Below are positions 35,045-44,328 of a stretch of DNA of 64,000 bases, one piece after another (position 1 is the first letter of the stretch; each line of letters begins with the position of its first letter). The notes below the pieces were generated by a model that did no database searches, was not told where the DNA came from, and saw nothing but the letters and a program-made list of their open reading frames with translations. This stretch comes from Candidatus Woesearchaeota archaeon (lineage in GTDB: Archaea > Nanobdellota > Nanobdellia > SCGC-AAA011-G17 > UBA489). A program made the translations under genes and the position numbers. The DNA lies in contig CAYIXG010000001.1 in assembly GCA_964367375.1 (NCBI GenBank), positions 3,905 through 67,904 of the forward strand, given 5' to 3'.

Positions 35045-36580
35045 TTAGTCTCCTCCTTGTTTGTCTGGGAGGGTGTTGGTTGGGCATTGGCAGGTGGTGC
35101 TGCAGGTTCCTTGTATTCCTTTTGCATCTGTGCAGGGAGTGCTTGGCGGGTCACATTGTTCACCAATATCAATCTTGCTGTTGCCACAGTTCGGTTGACA
35201 CGTGCAACTGCTTGTTTTGCAGTATAAGCCATTGCCACACGCACCTGGCTGACAACCCGGAGTTTTTGAATCCCCATCACATCCAACGCCTGTTGTTCCT
35301 GTTGGAGGTGGTGTTGTAAGGGCTACAACTCCTCCAGAACCTATCATCCATCCAAAGAATCGTTTCCACCATGATGGTCTGGGAGCTGTTTGGCCTGGAC
35401 TTGTTGTTCCAGGGGCTGTTGTTCCTGGACTTGTTGTTCCTGGTGTGGTGGTGCCTGAGCTTGATTTTCCTGTGCTTCCTCCCTTAATAATTTTAGTATT
35501 TCCTCCTCCTGTTTGGCCTCGAGGTATGCACTCGCAGTCCATAGTATTCATGATAATGGATGCGCATGAGGGGCGTGAAGAAAAGAAGAGTGTTCTCAGG
35601 TGAAGGTTATCATCATTGATAGGACCGTTAAGTACGATGTTGAGAATCATTTGTTGAAAAGGGCTATAGCCAAGTGTTAAGTGGGGATATTGTTGACTCA
35701 TATAATTTTGTATGTCAGTAAGCGCAGCATAAAAATCATTTGGTGTATTAATGGGAGCAACAGGGACAAGTTGCAAATGATTTACTGCTTGCGCATATGG
35801 GTTGCAGAATCCTGGAAGATTGGTAGAAGTAGTGCATTGGTCAGATTTACAAGTTACTGGCATTGCAGAAGGAATGCCTACCATTCCTGGAGCGTCGATG
35901 GGAAAACCTTCATTAATTGAAAATCCGCGCACTCGGCGCCCTTGCGCAGTTTCTTGTTGGACCTCTGCACAGGAAATACCAGAGTGAAAGACAGCACGAA
36001 CGTCGTAATGTGCGTCCGGCCATGCAAGAACGCAGCTTCCTCTGTTTCGTGGTTGTGAACTCTGAGATAATTGAACGCCTGCGTTTATTCGATTTTCAAA
36101 CTCTTCTAAAGCAGTGGGTGGATCTGCTGGTTCGGGGTCTGTGGACCCTGTTCCTGTGGTGGAAGAGCCTGCAGGAGTGTATACAGGTGGAGGTTGTAAT
36201 TGTCCTGTTGGTGGCACATAGGGAGCAAGTACAGGAGGTGGAGGATTACATCCTCCCATAAAATTGTTCAAAAGATTATACAGCAAGTATCCTGCAGCGA
36301 ATCCTCCAGATGCGGATGTTCGTGTGGGCGTACGACCTCCTACTCGTCCAGGAGGCTGAAGTTGTGATGCACCTGGTGGAGGATTAATCGGACCATACAC
36401 TGGTCCACTTGGACCCCATCCTGAAGGTACTTGCACTGCTGGTGGTTGAATGACTACTGGACTCGTTGCCGCAACATCAGGAGAGGAAATGGTAAATATC
36501 GATAGAAACGTAATACCTGACAAAGCGCCTATCAGAATAATGGTGAATAAATGAGAGTGATGACTGTCCTCTTTTTTCAT
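35045..36580 (-). CDS. Secreted Pro/Gly/Thr-rich surface protein with Cys-rich C-terminus
   Basis: Signal/anchor helix, then long PxxP/GT-rich low-complexity linkers (TTPGTTSPGTTAPGTTSPG) and a C-terminal CxC-rich module. Confidence 0.45.
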   Translation of the reverse strand: MKKEDSHHSHLFTIILIGALSGITFLSIFTISSPDVAATSPVVIQPPAVQVPSGWGPSGPVYGPINPPPGASQLQPPGRVGGRTPTRTSASGGFAAGYLLYNLLNNFMGGCNPPPPVLAPYVPPTGQLQPPPVYTPAGSSTTGTGSTDPEPADPPTALEEFENRINAGVQLSQSSQPRNRGSCVLAWPDAHYDVRAVFHSGISCAEVQQETAQGRRVRGFSINEGFPIDAPGMVGIPSAMPVTCKSDQCTTSTNLPGFCNPYAQAVNHLQLVPVAPINTPNDFYAALTDIQNYMSQQYPHLTLGYSPFQQMILNIVLNGPINDDNLHLRTLFFSSRPSCASIIMNTMDCECIPRGQTGGGNTKIIKGGSTGKSSSGTTTPGTTSPGTTAPGTTSPGQTAPRPSWWKRFFGWMIGSGGVVALTTPPPTGTTGVGCDGDSKTPGCQPGACGNGLYCKTSSCTCQPNCGNSKIDIGEQCDPPSTPCTDAKGIQGTCSTTCQCPTNTLPDKQGGD

Positions 36581-36751
36581 ATTCTTTTATTTTCTTCTTT
36601 ATATATAAACATTTCGAACAAAAAAGTGGTATAATGCGAACAGAACAATGAGAATGCGCTGCGACTTGATTAATAATATGCTAGCAGGCTAATAGCAATC
36701 TTTATTAATGTGTAATGAGGAAGAGAAAAGAAATAAAAGAGGGAATTCTGT

Positions 36752-38551
36752 ATGAAAAAAGCGCTCCTGAGGTTGTTTTTCCTTTGTGGTATCCTTCTCG
36801 GATTTCTTGGTGTGGTGGGTGCGCAGTCCTCATTTGATGCGCAAAAGGGGTATGAATGGCTGGTAAGCCAATGTCAGAATGGGAATTGTGACGGCGATCT
36901 TATTGCAACTGCCTTTTACACATTAGCAATGAAGGATGCGGGTCAAGTGGACTATGCAGAGGAAGGTCTTGATTATATAAAGTCGCGAAAGGCGAATAAT
37001 GAGGCGTGTTGGCCTTCAGGGAGCTGTAAGGTGAAGGAAACCGCGTTTGCGCTGTGGGTGTTGAAAGAGTTTGGTGAGGATGTTGATGCAGGTGATCGGT
37101 GGTTGAATGATGCCTTGTCTGCAGCGCCGAGTTTGCAGGACTTCTGGTTTCTTGAGGTAGTCACTTCAAATAATGGGACGTGCAAAATTTCCTATGCTCT
37201 CGGTAATAATGACACTATTCAGCGTGATGTGAGTGTGAACGCGGGAAGGTTTCCTGATTGTCCCGGAGCTGTCAACACATTCTTTAATCTGAACACGTGT
37301 TTGCAGAATAATCTGTTGAATAATAATCCTGCATTGGAGCTGGATATTAATTGCAATCAGCTTGGTCCGAGCACGATTTTGTCAGTGATCTTCAATACTG
37401 CGTCATTGTATTATGTGATTGAGGAGGCGGAAACGTCAAGGAAAGTGATTACAATCCAGAATGGGTGTTTGGGAACGACAAAGAATAGCGCGTGCAATTA
37501 TGACACGTCTTTGTTTTCAAACTGGCTATTGTCTGCTATTGGTTCTGATACGACGGTGTTGTTGTATGTGAAGAACAATGCAGATGAGTTGAAAGCAGTG
37601 GATAACAGCTTGTTGTATTTGTCTGCAAGTCAGGCATTGCGGCAGAAGTATTTAGATAATTTAATTGGGTTGCAGAGGAATGATGGGAGTTTTAACAAGC
37701 AGGTGTTTGAGACAGCAATTGCAACGCTTGCGTTGCGTCAGTCTGGCCAAGGTCAAGCCTTGACAAGTGCTGTTGATTGGTTGAAGTCGAAGCAGCGCCC
37801 TGATGGTTCGTGGGATAACAGCGAGTTGAAGACTGCTGCAACGTTATATGCTGCATTTACGAGCGAGGCGATTTCCTTGCCTCCGATTGGAAGCGCGGGC
37901 CCTGGAAAAAGTCCTGGTCCTTCTTCTGAGCCAGGGTTTTGTGGTGATGGCACCTGTGACCCTGATGAGAACTCGGTGTCATGTGCATCAGATTGTCCTT
38001 CAAGTGTGTGCGTGGTGAATGGTATTTGTGAAACATATGCGAATGAGGATTCTTCAAATTGTCAGCAGGATTGTACGTGTGGTGATGGTATTTGTGATGA
38101 TGCAGAGTCCACTGCATCTTGTACAGAGGATTGCGGTGAGCCGACAACGCAGCAGCCTGCAGTGTGCGGCAATGGCGTGCTTGAGGGTGCGGAAGAGTGT
38201 GATATTGACACTGCAACAGGATTTGGCGATGATAGTGCATGTCCAGGGAAGTGCACGGCAAGTTGTTCGTGTGGTGAGAAGAAGAAGGGCTTCCCTTGGT
38301 GGATTACTATTGTCCTCGCGATTGCAGTGGTTGTTGCAATAGTGATGTATATGCGATTTAAAGGCTCGCCTGGAGGAAAGAGGAAGCCGTCTGGATTTTC
38401 ATTTGGTGCAGATATAAAGATGCCGAAAATGCCTGCATCAAGGACGCAGGTACGGTATCCGCAACAGCAGCAGTCGCAAAAGAGTTCAAAGGTTGAGGAT
38501 GAGCTTGATAAGTCTATTGAGGAAGCGAAGAAATTATTGGGAAAGATGTAG
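36752..38551 (+). CDS. Type-I membrane surface protein with alpha/alpha-toroid (prenyltransferase/terpene-cyclase-like QW) repeats and CGDGxCD repeats
   Basis: Signal peptide, then repeated ...A(F/L)(A/Y)LWVL... and KQRPDGSWDN QW-like motifs. Three CGDG(T/I)CD...C modules follow, then a TM helix WWITIVLAIAVVVAIVMYM and a basic tail. Confidence 0.45.
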   Translation: MKKALLRLFFLCGILLGFLGVVGAQSSFDAQKGYEWLVSQCQNGNCDGDLIATAFYTLAMKDAGQVDYAEEGLDYIKSRKANNEACWPSGSCKVKETAFALWVLKEFGEDVDAGDRWLNDALSAAPSLQDFWFLEVVTSNNGTCKISYALGNNDTIQRDVSVNAGRFPDCPGAVNTFFNLNTCLQNNLLNNNPALELDINCNQLGPSTILSVIFNTASLYYVIEEAETSRKVITIQNGCLGTTKNSACNYDTSLFSNWLLSAIGSDTTVLLYVKNNADELKAVDNSLLYLSASQALRQKYLDNLIGLQRNDGSFNKQVFETAIATLALRQSGQGQALTSAVDWLKSKQRPDGSWDNSELKTAATLYAAFTSEAISLPPIGSAGPGKSPGPSSEPGFCGDGTCDPDENSVSCASDCPSSVCVVNGICETYANEDSSNCQQDCTCGDGICDDAESTASCTEDCGEPTTQQPAVCGNGVLEGAEECDIDTATGFGDDSACPGKCTASCSCGEKKKGFPWWITIVLAIAVVVAIVMYMRFKGSPGGKRKPSGFSFGADIKMPKMPASRTQVRYPQQQQSQKSSKVEDELDKSIEEAKKLLGKM

Positions 38552-38572
38552 CCAATATATTTATTAAGCGTC

Positions 38573-39853
38573 TTGTTCTGGATAGGGTGCATGAATAAAG
38601 AGGTAATATTTGTCTTGTTTTTCGTAGCAGCATGTCCTTTGGTGTTTGCGCAGGAGCAGGTGAGTGTGCAGGTGTATAAAGAGTTGTATGTTCCTGGAGA
38701 GTCAGTGCAAGCAGAAATAAGGGTGAATGGTTCTGTAAGTGAAATTGATGAGCATCATATTGAGTTGCACAATGAACAAGGGCAAAAGATAGCAATAGCC
38801 CCCTTTCTTGATGTGATTGAAAATGGCCATTTGTTTTTGGTGTTTGATCTTCCTCTGGGTGCTGAGGAAGGCGTGTATGCCTTGAAGGTTGTTGACATTC
38901 CTTTTCAAGTGAACAATGTGCTGCAATTAGTGACTGCAGAAAAGCCTCTGAGTGTTGCTCCTGCAACCCCTGTTATTTCTCTCTTTCCAGGGTTTGTGAA
39001 GGTTGATCGCGAGAGAGTGTCAGTGAATGTGCGGTTAACAAACAAAGGAGGTTCAGCGCAGGTGCAGGTGGCTGCTCCTGAATTTGTTGCTCATGTGTAT
39101 CAAACACCGCAAGTGTTGAATCAAGGAGCGACAAGGCTGTTCAAGTTTGCAATTGATGCTTCTGCAGTGGCAGAGTCGACGAAAGAGTTCATAACCTTTT
39201 CATATGCAAACAAAGAGTACAAGCTTCCTCTGTTTATTTTCAAAGAAGAGACTGGAGAGAGTATTTGGGAGGATTTCTTTTTTGTCACAACAACCTCTTT
39301 GATCAACAAAACAATAGGAGAGGATGAAATGGTAGAAAGGGTTTTGAGAGTGAAGAATAATGGAAGTGCTCAGATTGAACTGTCTCTTCACGCAACTCCT
39401 GAAGTAAGTGAGGTGGTTGAGGTGTCTCCATCAAACATAATACTTGCACCGGGTGAAGAAAAGGAGGTTCTTGTTTCTCTCAATAAAGAGAAGGATGCGA
39501 TTCAAGGGATATACAGAGGTTCAATTGTGGCTGCAACAACAAAGAAGGAGGTTGTGTTTGGTGTGGTTGTTGAGGTCAGAGGGTCTGAGGTGGGAATCAT
39601 CACAAAACAGGATATCTTTGATGATCTTCCTCTTGAAGTTCCGGACAAGAAAGAGCAAAAGGGGATTCAGGTGATTGATTTTAATTTTACAAGCACTCAA
39701 GAAGCAGAGCCTTCTGATAATAAGAGGAAGGGTGGTTTTCTTGTGCTTTCTCTTGTTATTGTTCTTCTTCTCCTTTTTGTGTTTCTGATAAAGAAGAAGA
39801 ATGTGAAAAGGACAACGTTTCAGCAGTATATCTCAGGGATGAAAAAGAGGTAA
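38573..39853 (+). CDS. Secreted adhesin-like protein with CARDB/DUF11-like Ig-fold repeats and C-terminal TM anchor
   Basis: Signal peptide and two or more ~110-aa beta-rich repeats (V.N.G......L.......V.P....L.PGEEKEV.V.L), then a C-terminal TM FLVLSLVIVLLLLFVFLI followed by KKKN. Confidence 0.4.
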   Translation: MFWIGCMNKEVIFVLFFVAACPLVFAQEQVSVQVYKELYVPGESVQAEIRVNGSVSEIDEHHIELHNEQGQKIAIAPFLDVIENGHLFLVFDLPLGAEEGVYALKVVDIPFQVNNVLQLVTAEKPLSVAPATPVISLFPGFVKVDRERVSVNVRLTNKGGSAQVQVAAPEFVAHVYQTPQVLNQGATRLFKFAIDASAVAESTKEFITFSYANKEYKLPLFIFKEETGESIWEDFFFVTTTSLINKTIGEDEMVERVLRVKNNGSAQIELSLHATPEVSEVVEVSPSNIILAPGEEKEVLVSLNKEKDAIQGIYRGSIVAATTKKEVVFGVVVEVRGSEVGIITKQDIFDDLPLEVPDKKEQKGIQVIDFNFTSTQEAEPSDNKRKGGFLVLSLVIVLLLLFVFLIKKKNVKRTTFQQYISGMKKR

Positions 39854-39857
39854 GGGT

Positions 39858-40298
39858 CTATTTTTTGTCTTCTTTTTTTATTTCTTTAAGTTCGCCTCGC
39901 TCTATTTTTCTCTTGAACAACAAGTTTTCCGCGTACACGTTCTTGAAGACCATGTCGAATTTGTGCATGTGGGCGAGGAGGTCGTTCATGAGGTTGTCAA
40001 TGTCTTTGTTTTTCACGAGCAGCGATGTGGGTTGGATGACTTCAATGGAGCTGGGCATGAAGTCAAAGCAGAAGCTGATGATGTCTTGCACTTTTTTAAC
40101 GTGGAATTCCGCTTCGATGAATCCTGTCCAGAGGGGCTTTTTTTCGTATTCAACAGGGTCGAATTTCTGTTCTTTGATGAGGGTGAGATAGTCTTGCTGT
40201 TTGAGTTTTTCAAGAACTGTGTTGAGTGCTTTGTCAACATGCTCTTTTGGTCCGCCGAGGATTTCGATAATGCTACGAACAGTGATGGTTTCGTCCAT
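39858..40298 (-). CDS. Hypothetical cytoplasmic protein
   Basis: 146 aa, no motif recognised. Confidence 0.3.
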   Translation of the reverse strand: MDETITVRSIIEILGGPKEHVDKALNTVLEKLKQQDYLTLIKEQKFDPVEYEKKPLWTGFIEAEFHVKKVQDIISFCFDFMPSSIEVIQPTSLLVKNKDIDNLMNDLLAHMHKFDMVFKNVYAENLLFKRKIERGELKEIKKEDKK

Positions 40299-40300
40299 GG

Positions 40301-41779
40301 TTAATCTCGTTTGATAATAAGGTATCCAATAATGACGATGCTGAGGATGCCAAAAATGGTCAGCATGAGTGGTTTCATGCGGGTTGCTGGCGATTGGTAG
40401 ACTACTGCGCCTGTCACAGCATCCATGGAATGGTTGCGAGAAGTGGTGTTTATAATGGTTTCGGGCTCTGTGGAGGGTGTGGCAAGAAATGTGGTGCTTG
40501 TTTCTCTGGAAGGGCAGGATCCTTTTTTTGTTCCTGCAATAATGAGATCTTTGGTGATGGTAAAGCCAAGTCCGCGAACAAGGAGGGTATACGTTCCATT
40601 CGGGATGTGGAGGTCGCAGTTTGAAGGAATGACAATGGGAAGTCTCAGGAGGAGGGGTGTTTTTTCTTCAAGAATGTCTGCATGAACGTCCTCGCTGAGG
40701 TTTGTGATGGAAAGAGTGATGCTGCTTTCTTCAGTGTTTCCTTTGTAAACATCAAGAGTAACATAAATGGTTGATCCAAAAGGAATGGTTTTGTTGGTGC
40801 TGAGAGAAAGGTCTTTGAGAATGACAAGTGATTGGTCTTCTGCAGAAGGTTCTACAGTAAGTCTATTTTCCTCTCCAGGTGTAGGGTCACTCAGTACGAA
40901 TGTGTCTTCTATGGTTGCCCATGATTTTCCTTCTTGAGAGTCTTCATAGCTGGCTTCTGTGATAATGGTTTCATCATCTTTCAGCATGACGTGTTCAAAT
41001 CCTTTATTATTAAGGATGCTTCGCCCATTAAAATACACAGCAAGATAGGCGTCTGAGTGAATCGTGGTGCTTGTAATTACGTTTGCGCTGGTGATCGTAA
41101 CGCAATTATTTCCTGCGTCACATATACGGAGTCCGGAAACGTCAACAGTATTCTCTTGCGCATACAGTTCAACCCATTCTCCATCTGGAGTTTCTGCCGC
41201 GTCTTGTCCTTTGGGGTTGGGCATGATTTCAGTTATTTGTAATGAGGAGTAATCTTGAGGAGGTTGATTGAGAGTAACATTGGGTTCTGAGCTCGTGTTT
41301 TGTTGTGGGATGATATTTTCTTCTCCTGGTGTGGGTTCGCATTCAAAGATAGTTAAGGGAGGGGTGTTGCAGAGGGATTTGTTATTGTTGTTTCCTCCCA
41401 TGCTGTTGTCGTAGCTTATGGAGTGAATGATTTGTGTTGTTTGGTCTCGGATGATAATCGTATCTTGATCATTGTTGAGGTTGTTGCCTATAGAGTTTCC
41501 AGCGGAGTAGATGCTTGCATTAATGTCAGTAAAGTTGAATCCATCTTCAACAATAAGGTAAAAAGTGCTGTCTCCATCTTGGATAAGCGTTAAAGAGTCG
41601 CTGCTGGTTGCGTCTTCAATGGTGTAAAGGCTGAGGTTGATTTCTTCGTCAGAATAGATTTCAACATATTCTTTGGTGTTGTCATTTCCTTCAGGATTGT
41701 ACATGATTTCGGTGATGAAGGTTGCTGCAAATGCTTGGGGAATGATAATAAGAAGGATAATGAAGAGGAATTGTTTCAT
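40301..41779 (-). CDS. Surface protein with two lamin-tail-domain (LTD) modules and C-terminal TM anchor
   Basis: ATFITEIMYNPEGNDNTKEYVEIYSDEEINLSLYTI and LQITEIMPNPKGQDAAETPDGEWVELYAQ match the LTD signature (ITE(I/V)MxNP.G.D...E(W/Y)(V/I)E). C-terminal TM LMLTIFGILSIVIIGYLII. Confidence 0.55.
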   Translation of the reverse strand: MKQFLFIILLIIIPQAFAATFITEIMYNPEGNDNTKEYVEIYSDEEINLSLYTIEDATSSDSLTLIQDGDSTFYLIVEDGFNFTDINASIYSAGNSIGNNLNNDQDTIIIRDQTTQIIHSISYDNSMGGNNNNKSLCNTPPLTIFECEPTPGEENIIPQQNTSSEPNVTLNQPPQDYSSLQITEIMPNPKGQDAAETPDGEWVELYAQENTVDVSGLRICDAGNNCVTITSANVITSTTIHSDAYLAVYFNGRSILNNKGFEHVMLKDDETIITEASYEDSQEGKSWATIEDTFVLSDPTPGEENRLTVEPSAEDQSLVILKDLSLSTNKTIPFGSTIYVTLDVYKGNTEESSITLSITNLSEDVHADILEEKTPLLLRLPIVIPSNCDLHIPNGTYTLLVRGLGFTITKDLIIAGTKKGSCPSRETSTTFLATPSTEPETIINTTSRNHSMDAVTGAVVYQSPATRMKPLMLTIFGILSIVIIGYLIIKRD

Positions 41780-41970
41780 GAAAAGAGTGGTGAGGAGAAG
41801 GTTAAAAAGAGTTTATGAATGTGCAAGAAAAGAGTTTCGGAAAAAGGGGAAAGATTACGGGAAGGTGGTGGTTTCATAATTTTAGATAGGTGTAAGAAGG
41901 AAAATAGTGTGCTGAAACGTTTATTGCTTCTTTTTTGTTATTAAAAGGGAATAGAAAGGTTTATTAATTT

Positions 41971-42384
41971 TTGATTATGAACAAAGGTATGGTTTTGAAA
42001 AAAGAGGAGAATAAAAAGAGAGTTATATATCTTTTTATAGGAGGAGTGTGCTTAGTAATCCTGTTGGTGCTTTTAAAGGCAAATAGTGGAGAAAGAGAGC
42101 TAAGGAGCGGGAAAGTGAACACGCCTGCCGGTTTTGCGACCGTCTGCCAAGGAGGAAACGCGTATTCTTATTTTTGCTGTTATGGAACAGGTGCGAATGG
42201 AAAAGCTGTAAGTGTAAAAGCGAATGTGAAAAATGGTAATCTTCCAACTGCAGGGGATGTGAATGGGGATGGGAAAGCGGAGACGGTTCCTCAAGTAGTG
42301 TGTTATACTGTTATTACAACTATGCATAAAGATACAACAAAGATTGAACAGTCAAAAGAGGTTACGTGTAACGATCAATGTTAA
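41971..42384 (+). CDS. Small membrane-anchored Cys-containing secreted protein (first of four tandem genes)
   Basis: 137 aa; TM VIYLFIGGVCLVILLVLL, then 8 Cys. Confidence 0.4.
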   Translation: MIMNKGMVLKKEENKKRVIYLFIGGVCLVILLVLLKANSGERELRSGKVNTPAGFATVCQGGNAYSYFCCYGTGANGKAVSVKANVKNGNLPTAGDVNGDGKAETVPQVVCYTVITTMHKDTTKIEQSKEVTCNDQC

Positions 42385-42393
42385 CGTGAAAAA

Positions 42394-42849
42394 ATGATAA
42401 AAAAAGAGGGAGTGATGGTTGGTGGATGTTTTCTCTTAGTCTTTTTATTCCTTTTTGGCCAGTCAGAAGAGGTAACAGCACTACAATGTAGTGGGGGGTT
42501 ACCCTCATCATCGGCAGAAGTATGCTCAGAGGCATCTAATGAAGGTGGTGGCATTACAGTGAACTGCTTCGCTACAGATACACAAGCGCAGTGTGATGCG
42601 CGATTGTTTAAGTTGGCAGGAGAAGCAAACGCAGCAAAGGGAAAAAAATGTTCTCCAGGATGTGTTCCTGTGGTGGATCATGCTCCTGGTTCAAATCCAA
42701 CCTCAAGTTCCAGTGGCTCCTGGCCTCCAGTAACAGCTGGGGGGACAAGGTGTGTGAAAGTGAATTTTGCCTGTCCTTGTGTTGAAGAAGAGTTAGGAGA
42801 AAATGAGCTTCAGGGTAAATATGCAGGATTTTGTGATTTGTTAGCATAA
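42394..42849 (+). CDS. Small secreted Cys-rich protein (second of four)
   Basis: 151 aa; signal peptide and ~12 Cys. The intergenic gap from the previous gene is only 9 nt. Confidence 0.4.
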   Translation: MIKKEGVMVGGCFLLVFLFLFGQSEEVTALQCSGGLPSSSAEVCSEASNEGGGITVNCFATDTQAQCDARLFKLAGEANAAKGKKCSPGCVPVVDHAPGSNPTSSSSGSWPPVTAGGTRCVKVNFACPCVEEELGENELQGKYAGFCDLLA

Positions 42850-42850
42850 C

Positions 42851-43582
42851 ATGATACATAACAATAAGGTGATTGTAACAGTACTGCTCATGATAGCTGC
42901 TGCTCTTTTTATTCAGTCATATGCTGTGAAAGATGGAGAAGTGCAGGATAATGTCCTGACAGGATATGCAACAACAGATCAGTGTCCGGAAACGAATCCA
43001 AATGTGAATGCATGTCCTCCAAAGATTCAAAAGAAGGAATGTTATCCTGTTGCAAAGTCTCCTTTTGAGCCAGGAACTGAGGAAGAGGTTGAAGTTTCTT
43101 GTACTGCAACTACGACAATTGGGAGCACAATACAGGTGCTAATGTCATACCTTGGAGGGGCGTACACAGCGACATATACAGGAACAGTGATTGCAGGTCC
43201 TACTCCAGCAACAGGAACAGGTGGGACATTTTATACGTGTTTAGTGCTTATTACACATCAAGATTCAGTTCCGCCAGAAACGCGGAATGCGCTTGCGTGT
43301 GATGCGGCAAAGAATAATGCAAATGCAAAATTAACATCAACTACGGGTTCAGGCGAACAGCAAGCGAAGCTTGATGCACTGTGTCAATGGTTTGCAAGTC
43401 AAGGTGGCGTAAATTCGGGGTGTACTGGTGAACGAAGGCCTAAGCCAACAATAAGTAATTGTTTTGCTTCTGCAGATGGTTCTCAGCAGTGTGTGTGCAT
43501 GGAATGGCATTGCAAGTTTAGTAGAGAAGCGTACCAACAGTCACTACAGCAAAATGCTGGTGCTACTGGAAGTGGAGACTGA
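42851..43582 (+). CDS. Secreted Cys-rich protein (third of four; paralogue of the fourth)
   Basis: 243 aa; N-terminus MIHNNKVIVTVLLMIAAALFIQSYAVKDGE, 12 Cys. Confidence 0.4.
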   Translation: MIHNNKVIVTVLLMIAAALFIQSYAVKDGEVQDNVLTGYATTDQCPETNPNVNACPPKIQKKECYPVAKSPFEPGTEEEVEVSCTATTTIGSTIQVLMSYLGGAYTATYTGTVIAGPTPATGTGGTFYTCLVLITHQDSVPPETRNALACDAAKNNANAKLTSTTGSGEQQAKLDALCQWFASQGGVNSGCTGERRPKPTISNCFASADGSQQCVCMEWHCKFSREAYQQSLQQNAGATGSGD

Positions 43583-43585
43583 TAG

Positions 43586-44314
43586 ATGAATAAGCAGCCA
43601 GTAATTATAATACTAATAATTGTTGCTGCAGCTCTTATCCTGCAGACATATGCTGAGAAGGGTTCTGCATTCTCTGGTTTTGCTTCAATTGCTGATTGTC
43701 CTGCAAGTGTGAAGGTGCCTGTGTGCACTCCTATTGGAACAATTCCATATAACCCTCCTGGGGAGGGTGAAGCAACAACAAGCACAAAAGCATGGAAAGT
43801 GCTTTGTCTGGTAAGCAGTAGTTATTGTGGCGCAAATGCTGCTCTTCCTCTATGTGCAAATGCAGCAGCTGTAAATGCTTTGCCAGGTCAACTCATGCCT
43901 CTTCCAGTGTCTGGCGCTTCTCCTGGTGCTAATGGACAGCCAGTTGGTCCAATTGGGGGCACTATATCTGCAACGCATCTACCACCAAAAAGGCAGCGTG
44001 CAGGAAATTTTTGTCAGATATCTATTGAAGTGACGGTAACAACAACCAAGGGAACGTATGATGATAAGCTGAATGAGATGAAGAAGAATGCATGTGCTGC
44101 TGCAAAGGCGTCTGCTGCGAATGCTGTAGCGAACAATGTTTGTGCGGAGTTGCAAATAGAATGTAGCAAGCATAATATTCAGGGGAAGACTTGTATTCCT
44201 GATAATAGCAAGAAGATAACTGATTGCGGAAATGCGGACGGAAGCTGTGATGAGAAGGACGGGAGCATGTGCACATATGTGTGCGGTGGATGTAAATGGC
44301 AGGAAACTAAATAG
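43586..44314 (+). CDS. Secreted Cys-rich protein (fourth of four; paralogue of the third)
   Basis: 242 aa; N-terminus MNKQPVIIILIIVAAALILQTYAEKGSA has the same architecture as the preceding gene. 16 Cys. Confidence 0.4.
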   Translation: MNKQPVIIILIIVAAALILQTYAEKGSAFSGFASIADCPASVKVPVCTPIGTIPYNPPGEGEATTSTKAWKVLCLVSSSYCGANAALPLCANAAAVNALPGQLMPLPVSGASPGANGQPVGPIGGTISATHLPPKRQRAGNFCQISIEVTVTTTKGTYDDKLNEMKKNACAAAKASAANAVANNVCAELQIECSKHNIQGKTCIPDNSKKITDCGNADGSCDEKDGSMCTYVCGGCKWQETK

Positions 44315-44328
44315 GATTAAAAAAATGT

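Noticed and set aside
34255-35286. Full-length 343-aa version of the ORF starting at TTG 35286
   Set aside because: Its first 83 codons overlap the 3' end of the upstream gene (35045-36580) in another frame and have no features of their own. The ATG at 35037 directly precedes the TM helix and gives a sensible start.
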